A stretch of DNA of 64,000 nt from an uncultured delta proteobacterium (GTDB taxonomy: Bacteria > Myxococcota_A > Polyangia > Polyangiales > Polyangiaceae), in assembly GCA_963806225.1 (NCBI GenBank), contig CAWDXG010000004.1, positions 5,472,001 through 5,536,000 of the forward strand, in the 5' to 3' direction. Shown here one piece after another: positions 48,331-61,223 of this stretch. Every line of letters begins with the position of its first letter. Within the stretch, counting starts at the first letter, position 1. The position numbers and the translations under genes are program-made. The notes under the pieces were generated by a model that saw only the letters and a program-made list of their open reading frames with translations, did no database searches and was not told where the DNA came from.

Positions 48331-49326
48331 ATGGATAACCCGAAAAGCGACGCCCCTGCCAGCTCTCCACCAGCCCCGATGTCCAGCTCCAGCGATCGCA
48401 TCCCGCTGACGATCGTCCACTACGGCAGGACGGATCCGCGCGTCCAGACCGGCGGCGTCGAGACGTTCGCCCGCAATCTCGGCCTGGCCTTCCGCGAGGT
48501 GCTCTTCATGACACCGGGCTCGCAGGACGTTCAGCTCGTCCGCCGCCGCCGGTTGGTCGTCATCTGCGACAACCACACGGTACTGGATTGGCCGGCGGAC
48601 ATCCCGGTGATCGGCTTCCAGCACGGCGTCGCCGCCCGCAAGGTGCTGGTGACGCGCTCGCTCGGCGATCTCGAGCTGGCGTGGCTGCAACGCCGCGCGG
48701 CGCGCCGCCCGCGCACGCTGTGGGTCGCCTGCGCCGAGTGGATCAGCGACACCTTCGCGCGCCTGCACGGAAACCGCGCCTCGCATGTCGTCTACCATCC
48801 CGTCGATCTCGGGCGCTTCGATGGGCAGCTCGACAACGAGGGCTCGCGGCTGGTGCTGCACGACGCGCGCTCGCTGCACAAGGGCAGCCGCCAGCTCCCC
48901 GTTCTGGAGCGGGCCCTGCCCGACTGGCGATTCGAACCGCTTGCCTGCCGTCCCGAAGAGGTCCCCGACCGTATGCGCAAGGCGCGCGCGTTCGTCCATC
49001 TCAGTCGCTACGAGGGCAACAGCATCGTCTGCAACGAAGCCATGGCCATGGACCTGCCCTGTCTCTTCACGCGCGTGGGGCTCATGCTCGACCGGCGCTG
49101 GAACTTCGATGTGCAGGTGCTGCCGCCGCGCGCGGCGTTCGGTGCTCCGCGCCGGCTGGTGCACGAGGTGGACGCATTTCTCGACACGCTCGATCGGCGC
49201 GAGTACCACCCCCGCCGCTGGGCTCTGGAACACGCGAGCCACGAGGCCAACCTGCAGAGCTGGTCGGCAGTCGTGGAGGATTTCTCGCAGATGAGCGGCT
49301 GGAAGCCGGGGGAGAGCGCCGCGTGA
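48331..49326 (+). CDS. Glycosyltransferase (GT-B, family 4-like)
   Basis: GGVETF, HPVD, KG, SRYEGNSIVCNEAMAMDLP (E-X7-E); start uncertain (48331 or 48379). Confidence 0.75.
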   Translation: MDNPKSDAPASSPPAPMSSSSDRIPLTIVHYGRTDPRVQTGGVETFARNLGLAFREVLFMTPGSQDVQLVRRRRLVVICDNHTVLDWPADIPVIGFQHGVAARKVLVTRSLGDLELAWLQRRAARRPRTLWVACAEWISDTFARLHGNRASHVVYHPVDLGRFDGQLDNEGSRLVLHDARSLHKGSRQLPVLERALPDWRFEPLACRPEEVPDRMRKARAFVHLSRYEGNSIVCNEAMAMDLPCLFTRVGLMLDRRWNFDVQVLPPRAAFGAPRRLVHEVDAFLDTLDRREYHPRRWALEHASHEANLQSWSAVVEDFSQMSGWKPGESAA

Positions 49327-50312
49327 GCCAGGCTGTGTTGGTGACGGGGGGAGCCGGCTACGTTGGCAGCCAGGCAGCGGACGCGCTGCTCCGCGCAGGC
49401 CATCGCGTCGTCGTGCTCGACAGCCTGCTGACGGGCCATCGCGCTGCCGTGCCCGAAGGCGCGCGCTTCGTCGAGCTGGATCTGGCGGATGACGGCGGCG
49501 TCGAGTCGCTGTTCGCCGGGGAGCACTTCGATGCCGTGATGCACTTCGCCGCGCGCTCGCTGGTGCCCGAGTCCATGCGCGATCCCTTCCTGTACCTCGG
49601 CGACAACGTTTCGAACGCGGTGGTTCTACTGCGCGCCGCCGTGCGGCATCGGGTCGGGCGTTTCGTTCTTTCCTCGACCGCGAATCTTTTTGGCGAGCCC
49701 ACCCGCATCCCGATCGACGAGAGCGAGCCGCTTGTTCCCGGCAGCCCCTACGGCGAGTCCAAGTTCGTGATCGAGCGCATGCTCCATTGGTGCGAACGCA
49801 TCCACGGGCTTCGCTTCGCGACCCTGCGCTACTTCAACGCCGCCGGGGCGGACCCGGGCGGCGCCCGCGGCGAGGATCACTCGCCCGAGACGCACCTCAT
49901 TCCGATCGTGCTGGAAGTGGCTCTGGGCAAGCGCCCGAGCGTGACCGTGTTCGGCGATGACTACGACACGCCGGACGGAACCTGCGTGCGCGACTACGTC
50001 CACGTGGAGGACCTGGCTTCGGCGCATGTGCGTGCGCTCGACGCTCTGGAGGGGCAGAGCCTCGCGCTGAATCTCGGCAGCGGTCGGGGCTACTCGGTGC
50101 TCGAGGTGATCGAGACGGCGCGCCGCATCACGGGACACCCTATCCCGCTCGTGCGGGGCGAGCGTCGCGCGGGTGATCCCGCGACGCTGGTGGCGGATCC
50201 CGGGCGCGCCCAGCGCGAGCTCGGCTGGAAGACCCGCCACAGCGACCTCGAGACCATCATCGAGAGCGCCTGGCGCTGGCACCAGGCGCATCCGCGCGGC
50301 TACGACGGCTGA
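49323..50312 (+). CDS. galE: UDP-glucose 4-epimerase
   Basis: VLVTGGAGYVGS, HFAA.SLV.ES, YGESK, LRYFNAAGA, GEDHSPETHLIP, DGTCVRDYVHV. Confidence 0.93.
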   Translation: MSQAVLVTGGAGYVGSQAADALLRAGHRVVVLDSLLTGHRAAVPEGARFVELDLADDGGVESLFAGEHFDAVMHFAARSLVPESMRDPFLYLGDNVSNAVVLLRAAVRHRVGRFVLSSTANLFGEPTRIPIDESEPLVPGSPYGESKFVIERMLHWCERIHGLRFATLRYFNAAGADPGGARGEDHSPETHLIPIVLEVALGKRPSVTVFGDDYDTPDGTCVRDYVHVEDLASAHVRALDALEGQSLALNLGSGRGYSVLEVIETARRITGHPIPLVRGERRAGDPATLVADPGRAQRELGWKTRHSDLETIIESAWRWHQAHPRGYDG

Positions 50313-51448
50313 GCTTCTTCGAGGAACGGCCCGAGCCTGCGTCGCTCGAGCTCGGCGGTCATCAGCTTCTGGAAGCGGCGGTTCTGCAACACGGCCATCA
50401 CGACCATGCCGAAGTAGCCGCGGGGCAGCTTCGGGCTCTCGTCGAAGTGGCGGAGCTGCTGGTAGGGGCGCGAGGCGTGGGCGTGGTGGTCGGCGTGGCG
50501 CGACAGGCCGACCAGCGTGTAGAGCGAAAACCACGACTCGGTGTCCCACGAGTCGAGCGGCTGCACCTTGCGGCCGCTGCGCACGAGGCCCCAGTGCTCG
50601 AAGTAGTTCACGGCTTCGAGCAGCCTGACGGCGCCCAGCGCCTGCAGCAGGAACACGACCAGTGCGGCCGGGCCGAATGCGATGCCCAGGGTGGCCGCGA
50701 GCGACACTTCCGCGACGACGCCGTGCAGGACGCGGCTTTTCAAGATGCGCCGGTCGTGCCACTTCATGTCCACGTCCCCGAGCCGCCTGGTCTCGAGCCG
50801 CCACGCACTGCGGAACTGGGCGGGCACGCTGCGCCGCCAGAACTGGCGATAGCTCTCGCCGAAACGCGCCGTGGCCGGATCCTCCGGCGTGCCGACCCGG
50901 ACGTGGTGGCCGCGCACGTGCTCCGTGAAGAAGTGCTCGTACATCACCGTGCACAGGAGCAGCCGTCCCACGAGCTGTAGGCGCTTGTCGCGGCGGTGGA
51001 CCAGCTCGTGGCCGACGACGATGGCCGAGTAGCCCGAGTTGACGCCCACCAGCAGCGCCGCGATCAGCGCATCGGCGGACCACAACCCGGACAGCGAGAT
51101 CAGCCGCGCCGTGAGCACGATGTTCGCGACCTGCAGCCCGACCAGTGCGATCAGCACCCCGTCGAAGGGCCAGCTGGGCAGCGCGGGGTCCGGCTGCCGC
51201 CGCGCCGGACCGGAGCGGGTGTCGATCATGACGCTGGCAATGACCACGCCGAACCACGGCAGCGCCGTGTACCAACGGTGCGGGCCGGTCAGCGCAAAGC
51301 CCAGCGTGGTGAGCGGCAGCACGAAGCACGCGAGATGCCGGAGCCACAGCCTGGACGCCGACAGCGGTCGCGCAGAGTCCGCTGCCGGGCCCGGCAGGTT
51401 CCACCCGGAGCCGGCCCGGGCCGTCACTCGGTCACCTCGCCAGGACAC
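50300..51448 (-). CDS. alkB: Alkane 1-monooxygenase (AlkB-type membrane diiron enzyme)
   Basis: His boxes HELVH, EHVRGHH and LSRHADHH, plus the HYG-type motif NYFEHWGL; TPEDPATARFGES. Confidence 0.85.
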   Translation of the reverse strand: MSWRGDRVTARAGSGWNLPGPAADSARPLSASRLWLRHLACFVLPLTTLGFALTGPHRWYTALPWFGVVIASVMIDTRSGPARRQPDPALPSWPFDGVLIALVGLQVANIVLTARLISLSGLWSADALIAALLVGVNSGYSAIVVGHELVHRRDKRLQLVGRLLLCTVMYEHFFTEHVRGHHVRVGTPEDPATARFGESYRQFWRRSVPAQFRSAWRLETRRLGDVDMKWHDRRILKSRVLHGVVAEVSLAATLGIAFGPAALVVFLLQALGAVRLLEAVNYFEHWGLVRSGRKVQPLDSWDTESWFSLYTLVGLSRHADHHAHASRPYQQLRHFDESPKLPRGYFGMVVMAVLQNRRFQKLMTAELERRRLGPFLEEAQPS

Positions 51449-51450
51449 TC

Positions 51451-51502
51451 ACATACGAATCCGTATGTCATGCCCCCAGTTTCTACATACGATGACGTAT
51501 GT
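51451..51502. promoter_or_regulatory. Twin palindromic operators ACATACG-N4-CGTATGT
   Basis: ACATACG-AATC-CGTATGT (51451-51468) and ACATACG-ATGA-CGTATGT (51485-51502), both followed by CA; located between divergent alkB and tetR. Confidence 0.8.
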
Positions 51503-51613
51503 CAAGAGCGAACCGCGGCCGGTGCACAGAAGGCGGCTCGACCCCGGACACAATCCGGCTGTTTCCGCCGACAGCCCGGCAGAATCGCTGCGACGGTGGT
51601 ATTCGTCGAGAAG

Positions 51614-52264
51614 ATGTCCGGCTCTTCATCGTCGCGTCGCGCCGCCTCCGATCCGGACGCCAAGGCGCCGGGATCGCGCCGCCGGGGCTCGCGCGAGCAG
51701 TCGAAGCAGGAGACGCGCGAGGCGCTGGTGGACGCGGCGATGGCGGCCTTCAGCGAGCAGGGGCTGGAGGCGCCGAGCCTGGACGCCATCTGCGCCCGCG
51801 CCGGCTACACCCGCGGCGCGTTCTACGTGCACTTCAAGGATCGCGACGACCTGATCGCGGCAGTGATGGAGCGGCTGCTGCGCGGCCTGCTGGATGCCAT
51901 CATCGCCACCGGTGACGCGGCGCTCGATCTGGAGCGCACCATCCGCGTGTTCGCCCAGGCTGCCGAGCAGCACGTCCTGCCGATCCAGGGCTCCGTGTCG
52001 TCCTACCAGTTCATGCAGGCGTGTTCGCGCTCGCCGGCGCTGCGCGAGCGCTACCTCGCCGTTCTGGACGAAGCCGTGCGGCGCGTAGCGCACGCGGCGC
52101 GTGAAGGGCAGGAAGCCGGCACGGTGCGCGGCAACGTCGATCCCGACCAGATCGGCGCGGTGCTCGTCGCGGTCGTGCTTGGCGTCGACCAGATGGATCA
52201 GGTCGGCTACCCGTACCAGCCGCGCCTGGCCGCGGAAGCACTGCTCACGATGCTCCGTCCCTGA
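51614..52264 (+). CDS. TetR/AcrR family transcriptional regulator
   Basis: TREALVDAAMAAFSEQG..SLDAICARAGYTRGAFYVHFKDRDDL helix-turn-helix. Confidence 0.9.
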   Translation: MSGSSSSRRAASDPDAKAPGSRRRGSREQSKQETREALVDAAMAAFSEQGLEAPSLDAICARAGYTRGAFYVHFKDRDDLIAAVMERLLRGLLDAIIATGDAALDLERTIRVFAQAAEQHVLPIQGSVSSYQFMQACSRSPALRERYLAVLDEAVRRVAHAAREGQEAGTVRGNVDPDQIGAVLVAVVLGVDQMDQVGYPYQPRLAAEALLTMLRP

Positions 52265-52421
52265 GACTCCACTTGCTTGCTGTCATCCCGGTCCGCTACC
52301 GCAACACGATCGAACGGCTCGAAATCGTGGAGGTCCGATTGAAGTGCCGGTCCGGTCACGCTAAATTCATGGTCGGGCGGCTTCGTCCGCCCATCCTTTT
52401 GTCAACTTGAGGAGACCCGCA

Positions 52422-53342
52422 ATGCGCAGAGTTCATGGAATCCTGGGAGCCACGGTCGCATCGATGGCACTGGCAGGGCTGCTTGTCGGTGGCTGCAGCA
52501 GTGACAGCAACAACGGCGGCACCGGCGGCACAGCCGGCACAGCCGGCACGGCCGGCACCGGTGGGGCGGCCGGCACCGGCGGCACAGCCGGCACCGGCGG
52601 CACAGCCGGGATGGACGGCGGTGGTGGAACGGCCGGCATGGACGGCGGCGCGGGCACCGGCGGCACGGCCGGGGGCGGCGGAACCGGCGGGGCGCCCGTG
52701 GATGCGGGACCGACCCTGACCGTTTCCGGGATGGTCTCGAACTCGAGCACCCACAAGGCCGTGGCGAACGTCCAGGTCTGTGTCACGTACCCAAAGCTGG
52801 CGCCGAAGCCCTGTACCACCACGGATTCGAACGGCCTCTACTCGCTCGCCGGCGTCCCGCAGCAGTGGGACGTCACGATCTCGTTCGACGCAGCCACCTA
52901 CGTCCCCGCCAACGTCTACGCGCACACCGGGGCGAACGACGTGACGTTCCCGCTGGACATGCTCACGGTCACTGCGGCTACGGGGTTCGCCACGTTGCTC
53001 GGCAAGACGTTCGACCCCACCAAGGGGCTCGTCTTCGCGGAGGCGAACACCCTCGTCGACGGCGGCCTCGCGGGCTTCCCGGGGGCGAGCTTCGCGCTGT
53101 CGCCCGCGAGCGGAGACGGGCCGTACTACGTGGACGGTAGCGGCGCTCCCAACAAGTCGCTCACCTCCACGAGTGTGGCGGGCATCGCCGCCTTCCTCAA
53201 CACGGCGCCGGGCAGCTACGACATGACGGTTCCGTCCACCAACTGCGCAGGGCCGAACAGCGGCTGGTCTCCGGCGGCCAACAAGGTGTCGCTGAAGACG
53301 ACCGCCGGACGGGCGTCGATCGTCGCCTTCTTCTGCCAGTAG
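52422..53342 (+). CDS. Lipoprotein with carboxypeptidase-regulatory-like (prealbumin-like beta-sandwich) domains
   Basis: GAGGAG RBS; lipobox VGGC; (A)GTGG/GMDGG linker; VSGMV...TTTDSNGLYSL. Confidence 0.65.
   Translation: MRRVHGILGATVASMALAGLLVGGCSSDSNNGGTGGTAGTAGTAGTGGAAGTGGTAGTGGTAGMDGGGGTAGMDGGAGTGGTAGGGGTGGAPVDAGPTLTVSGMVSNSSTHKAVANVQVCVTYPKLAPKPCTTTDSNGLYSLAGVPQQWDVTISFDAATYVPANVYAHTGANDVTFPLDMLTVTAATGFATLLGKTFDPTKGLVFAEANTLVDGGLAGFPGASFALSPASGDGPYYVDGSGAPNKSLTSTSVAGIAAFLNTAPGSYDMTVPSTNCAGPNSGWSPAANKVSLKTTAGRASIVAFFCQ
52515..52695 (+). repeat. Low-complexity coding tandem repeat (GGCACAGCC/GGCACCGGC units; Gly-Thr-Ala linker)
   Basis: Repeated 9-18 nt units encoding GTA/GTGG. Confidence 0.7.
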
Positions 53343-53367
53343 GCGAGCGGGCGGCAGTCTAGAACGA

Positions 53368-53413
53368 GGGCCCGGCCTGGAACCGCGTTGCGAGCGGTTC
53401 CCGCGCCGGGCCC
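53368..53413. terminator. Hairpin between convergent genes (possible bidirectional terminator)
   Basis: GGGCCCGGC/GCCGGGCCC outer stem and GGAACCGC/GCGGTTCC inner stem; no clear U tract. Confidence 0.45.
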
Positions 53414-53468
53414 GCTGGCGCCAGAGCGCGCCGTTCTGGACCCGATGCGTCGTCCCCCCGTCGTGATG

Positions 53469-56564
<3,096 letters not shown>

Positions 56565-56789
56565 CGCTTCCCGTTGTTCTCCGTTCAGCCGGCACCCGCG
56601 AACAGGACAAGAGGGGCGGCGGGGCCCGGCGAAGTCCAGGGAAGCTAATCCGCTCCGCCTTGTTGCGCCAGCGCCCTGAGCCCGACGATCGGGCTGCGGC
56701 GCAGGGAACGGGGTGCCGGATAGCTATTGAACATGATTCAATAGTGCTGCGCTCGCTCCCAGGCCCATTGGCCGGCCGCGTCGGCCCAC

Positions 56790-58787
56790 CTAGAAGCGCT
56801 CTTCCCGGAACGGCATGCCGAGCTCCTCGCAGATCGGCCTGAGCCTGCGGCCCAGCCCGGGCGGACCACAGAAGAACACGTGGACGCGCTCCGGGTCGTG
56901 CTCGTCCTTGATGGCGCGGAGCTCCTGGCGCCAGTCGGGCTGACCCATGTGCGTCTTGGCGCGAAGGCCCGTGACGACATCCGGCAGCCCGGCGCCCTGC
57001 GACAGCTCCCGCGCGACTTCCAGTCCTGCCGCGCTCAAGCCGCCGCGGCCGCCGGTCATGTGGATGTGCAGGTCGAGCAGCTGTGCGGAGTCGCTCTGCT
57101 CGAGCTCGGCGAGCAGAGCCGCGAACCACTCGAACGAGTACTGATCGCGATTCAGCCAGAAGAAGTGCGCCTTCTCGATGGCTGCGGGCGCCTCACCCTG
57201 CCGCCCGCGGTGCAGGATGCTCTCCAGCACGCTCGCAAAGGGGGTCACGCCAATGCCCGCGCCGATCATCACGGCGTAGCGCGCCTCGAAGATGTGTCCG
57301 GTCGGCGCTCCGTAGGGCCCGTCGATGCGCACCGGCAGCGGCGCGGCGTCGCTGTTGGCCGTCCAGGTCTCGATCAGCCGGCGCAGCGCTCCCGTCCAGT
57401 TGCCGAGCGAGCGGACATGGAGCGTGAGCCGCTGGCTTTCCGGCGCGCTGCTGATCGTGAAGGGATGCCATTCGTGACGCGCCAGATCGGGGACGCGAAG
57501 GAATAGATAGTCGCCGGCCAGCTGCACGAACTCTGCGGGCCGGGCGAGCTCGAGCCGCGTGACGCCGGAGCGCAGCGCTTCGCCGCTGATGATGGCGCTG
57601 GGCTTGGCGCGCTGTCTGATCCGGAGCCACTGCTCGATCGCGAAGCCGGCCAGCGCTACGCCGCCCCACGCGAGGATCGACGGCGCATGTACGGCCGCCA
57701 GCACGATGAACGGCACGTACAGAAGGTGCGTGAAATAGAAAAGCTCGAAGCGATGGGAGCGGCGCACCGCTGTCCGCGCGAAAAACCACATCACCAGGAA
57801 GATGACCAGCAGCGTTGCGCCGGTGAGCCCTTCGAGCGAGAGCATGCGGGCTGCGAATTTCCCGCTCTCTTCGTAGCCGACCATGCGCGCCGTGGCGTGA
57901 CCGATCGCGAAGACGAACATGCTCGTGCCCACGATGCGGTGGAAGTCGATGGCGTCGTCGACCGGGATGGATTGGCCGGCGCGGCTGCGGCGGACCCGGG
58001 TGAGCAGGCGGCGCAACACCGGGAACAGCAGCAGCGCCGCGTTCAGCTCGATGGCGGTCGTGCAGGCGCCGCCGAACTTCTGCAGCAGATCCGGCGGAGG
58101 GCGGCCGTGGTGCGCGTGCCCTGGCAGGAGCAGCGTGACGGCGAAGATCGCCACGTTCACCAGCGCCCATATCGAGATGTACGCCAGCGGGAGCCGGCGG
58201 TTTTCGAAGTAGCGACGCAGTCGCTCCCGGCGGCCCGGAAGCTCCCCGCCGAAGCGTTCGAGCAGGTCCTCGTTCGGTGCGATCCAGCGCGCCTCGCTGC
58301 GCGTCATCTGCTCGAACAGATGCGGATGCCGCTGCACGACTGCTTCGAACTCGTCGAAGGATAGGCGCTGATCGCGATTCTGGTCCGCCTCGGACATCAG
58401 GGTGTCGGTGAGATGTTCGACGTGCGCGTCGCTCACCGACACGTCGTCTTCCGCCAGACTGATGGCGATCATCCGCATCAGTTCGTCGCGCTCCAGCGCG
58501 CCGTCGCCGTTGTGGTCATGCAGGCGGAACGCGAACCAGAGCTTGTCATGCGTCGTGCCGAACACGATCGCGCGCACGCTCGCCAGGAACTCCTCGCGGC
58601 TGATCACGCCGTCGCCGTTCTCGTCGAAGATCGCCAGCATGCGCTGGGCGAGGTAGTCGCTCCGGAGCCCCAGGGCTGCCTTCAGCGCCCCGATGTTGAT
58701 CGCGCCGGCCTCCCCGGCATGCTGCGCGAACGCGCGCTCCAGCGTTTCGACGAGCCGCGCGTCCATCAAGGATATTCGCTGTTTCAT
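56790..58787 (-). CDS. EF-hand-containing NADPH oxidase / ferric reductase (NOX5-like)
   Basis: EF loops DENGDGVISREE, DHNGDGALERDE, DQNRDQRLSFDE; TM His pairs H-X13-H and H-X12-H; HPFTISS, GNWT, DGPYG, GAGIGVTPF, FFCGP, terminal FREERF. Confidence 0.88.
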   Translation of the reverse strand: MKQRISLMDARLVETLERAFAQHAGEAGAINIGALKAALGLRSDYLAQRMLAIFDENGDGVISREEFLASVRAIVFGTTHDKLWFAFRLHDHNGDGALERDELMRMIAISLAEDDVSVSDAHVEHLTDTLMSEADQNRDQRLSFDEFEAVVQRHPHLFEQMTRSEARWIAPNEDLLERFGGELPGRRERLRRYFENRRLPLAYISIWALVNVAIFAVTLLLPGHAHHGRPPPDLLQKFGGACTTAIELNAALLLFPVLRRLLTRVRRSRAGQSIPVDDAIDFHRIVGTSMFVFAIGHATARMVGYEESGKFAARMLSLEGLTGATLLVIFLVMWFFARTAVRRSHRFELFYFTHLLYVPFIVLAAVHAPSILAWGGVALAGFAIEQWLRIRQRAKPSAIISGEALRSGVTRLELARPAEFVQLAGDYLFLRVPDLARHEWHPFTISSAPESQRLTLHVRSLGNWTGALRRLIETWTANSDAAPLPVRIDGPYGAPTGHIFEARYAVMIGAGIGVTPFASVLESILHRGRQGEAPAAIEKAHFFWLNRDQYSFEWFAALLAELEQSDSAQLLDLHIHMTGGRGGLSAAGLEVARELSQGAGLPDVVTGLRAKTHMGQPDWRQELRAIKDEHDPERVHVFFCGPPGLGRRLRPICEELGMPFREERF

Positions 58788-58892
58788 GAAGGCGTGCGCA
58801 CGATAGCCGGAACACGGACCTTGTGGTCCAGCACACAGCGGTGGGCGTATATTCCCTGACGGCGTTGGCGGGGGGCTGGATGCCGCGGGTCG

Positions 58893-59372
58893 CTACTTGT
58901 CCCGTGCCCGGAGGCGGGACTGCTGGCGGGCTTCTGCTTCGGCGAAGGCCTGCCGCTCCTCGTCGGTCTCGAGGACGAGGCGCGGGACGGGGCAGGGATG
59001 GCCCGCGTCGTCGAGGGCGACGTAGACGAGGTTGGCGGAGTTGGTGTGCGTGGTCTCGCCGGTGATGGGGTTTTCGGCCTGCACCCGCACGCGGACCTCG
59101 ACCGAGGTGCGCCCGACGTAGCTGACGTTGGATTCGCAGCTGAGCAGCTCGCCGACATGGACCGGCGAATGGAATGTCATGGAGTCCATGGCGACGGTCA
59201 CGCAGGGACGCTGCGCGTGGCGCATGGCGCAGATGCCGCCGGACTCGTCGACCATCTTCATGATCAGGCCGCCGTGGACGTTGCCGAGCGCGTTGGCGTG
59301 CTCCGGCAGCATGAGCTGGTGCAAGGTTACCCGCGAGCTCCGGACGGGCTTGGCTTCGGGAAGGGGTGTCAT
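58893..59372 (-). CDS. Acyl-CoA thioesterase (hotdog, YciA-like)
   Basis: MLPEHANALGNVHGGLIMKMVD, CVTVAMD..F..PV.VG, VGRTSVEV, YVALD; ATG 59372. Confidence 0.88.
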   Translation of the reverse strand: MTPLPEAKPVRSSRVTLHQLMLPEHANALGNVHGGLIMKMVDESGGICAMRHAQRPCVTVAMDSMTFHSPVHVGELLSCESNVSYVGRTSVEVRVRVQAENPITGETTHTNSANLVYVALDDAGHPCPVPRLVLETDEERQAFAEAEARQQSRLRARDK

Positions 59373-59537
59373 CGGAGGACACGCTAGCGATGTCCGGCGC
59401 GGGATGCGTGGTTTCCGCGGAGGCCCGGCGCGCCGGGCCGGTGACCGGGTGGTGCTTTTCCTGGGTTTGTTCGGTGAGTTGCGCGCGAGGCCGGCCGTGC
59501 CGGCCTGGCGCGTGCTAAGCCCGGGAGGCTCGGCAGC

Positions 59538-61215
59538 ATGGACCTCCTGTACTTCATTGTCCTCATCAGCTCGCTGATCTTCGTTCACGAGCTGGGGCAC
59601 TTCCTGTTCGCCAAGGCCTTCGGCGTGAAGGTGCTCACGTTCAGCCTCGGCTTCGGGCCGAAGATCCTGCGTCTGCGTGGGCGCGAGACGGAGTACTGCA
59701 TCGGCCTCCTTCCGCTGGGCGGCTACGTCAAGATGCTCGAGGAGTCGAAGAGCGACATCGTGCTGCCGGAGGACCGGAAGCGCACCTTCGAGTCGCTGCC
59801 GCTCTACAAGCGCATCATCATCGTGCTGGCCGGTCCGGTGATGAACCTCGTGTTCCCGGTGCTGCTCTACTTCTCGGTGTTCGTCGGTGACGGACCGTTT
59901 CTGCCGCCCACCGTCGGCGTCGTCCTGCCGGGTCACGCGGCGTCGGGCAAGCTCGAGCCGGGCGACCGCATCATGGCGGTCAACGGGCAGGAGGTCGGTA
60001 CCTTCGACGAGGTCAAGCGCATCGTCGCCGACAGCCCGGGCAAGCCGCTGCACTTCAAGGTGTTCCGCGACGACAAGTACACGACCGTCGACGTGACCGC
60101 CGAGGAGACGGTCGAGCGGCGCGAGCTCGACATCGTGGAGCACGTGGGCACCGTCGGCATCCAGCCGAGCGCGCCGGCCGCCGGTGATCGGCATTCCAGA
60201 CCCGGATTCGCCGGCCTACCGCGCAGGGCTCCGCACCTTCGACGTGGTGACGCACGTCGCGGGCAAGCGCGTCCGCCGCTACATGGATCTGGTCGAGGCG
60301 CTCAAGCACAACCACGGCGAGACGGTTCCGGTAACGTACCTGCGCCCCGTGGTGATGCCGGACGCGCTCGGCGGGCTCGCCGACATGGGCGTCTTCGAGG
60401 CGGGCGTGGTGGCGCTCACGCCGGATCCGTCGGGAAAGGACTTCGTGGGGCGTACCGGCATCGAGCTCGCCGATCTGTACGCGGCGATCGTTCCCGAGGA
60501 TTCCTACCTGCACAAGGCGGGGCTTCGCGAGGGCGACAAGATCCTCAAGCTCGACGACGAGCCGGTACCGGCCTGGTCGACCTTCCGCGAGCGCGTGCTG
60601 GCGGCGCCGAACCAGCCGCATCGCATCGACTATCTGGCGGCGCGCGACGGGCGCGTGCGCTCGGGCACGTTCCAGATGCGGCGCGAGGACTTCACCGACG
60701 AGTACGGGCAGAAGTTCGCGCGCTACGTGCTGCGTGTGCAGCACTGGATCCCGCTTGCGCCGGAAAAGCGCGTCGAACATCCGGCGCCGATCCGTTACGC
60801 GGCCGAGAAGGCGGTCGACGAGACGATCAACGTCTCCCACTTCATCATGGTGGGCATCGTGCGGCTGGTGGAGGGCCGCATCAGCCTCAAGTCGCTGTCG
60901 GGGCCCATCACCATCTACGAGGTCGCGGGCGAGGAAGGCCGCAAAGGCACCGACTACTTCATCTGGGTGATGGCCGTTATCAGCATCAACCTGGGGCTCC
61001 TGAATCTGCTGCCGATCCCGGTGCTGGACGGCGGGCATCTCTTGTTCTTCGCCATCGAGGGCGCGCTGCGCCGTCCCCTGCCGCTGCGCGTCCGGGAGGT
61101 GGCGCACCTGGTGGGCATGGTGTTGCTCGTGAGCCTGATGGCGCTCGCGTTCAAGAACGATATCCAGAAGCGCTGGGACGTGATCTGGGGACAGGTGCAC
61201 GATCTCATCGGCTGA
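59538..61215 (+). CDS. rseP: Site-2 intramembrane zinc metalloprotease RseP with PDZ domains (apparent +1 frameshift near 60181)
   Basis: HELGH, FSLGFG, PLGGYVKM and AGPVMN in one frame; further PDZ domains and NLLPIPVLDGGH in the +1 frame, ending at 61215. Confidence 0.9.
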
Positions 61216-61223
61216 CGGCGGCT

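Noticed and set aside
52515..52695. Tandem repeats as a possible CRISPR array or VNTR element (also 9170-9325, 10610-10810)
   Set aside because: These are in-frame Gly/Thr/Ala linker codons with no constant repeat-spacer structure and no cas genes.
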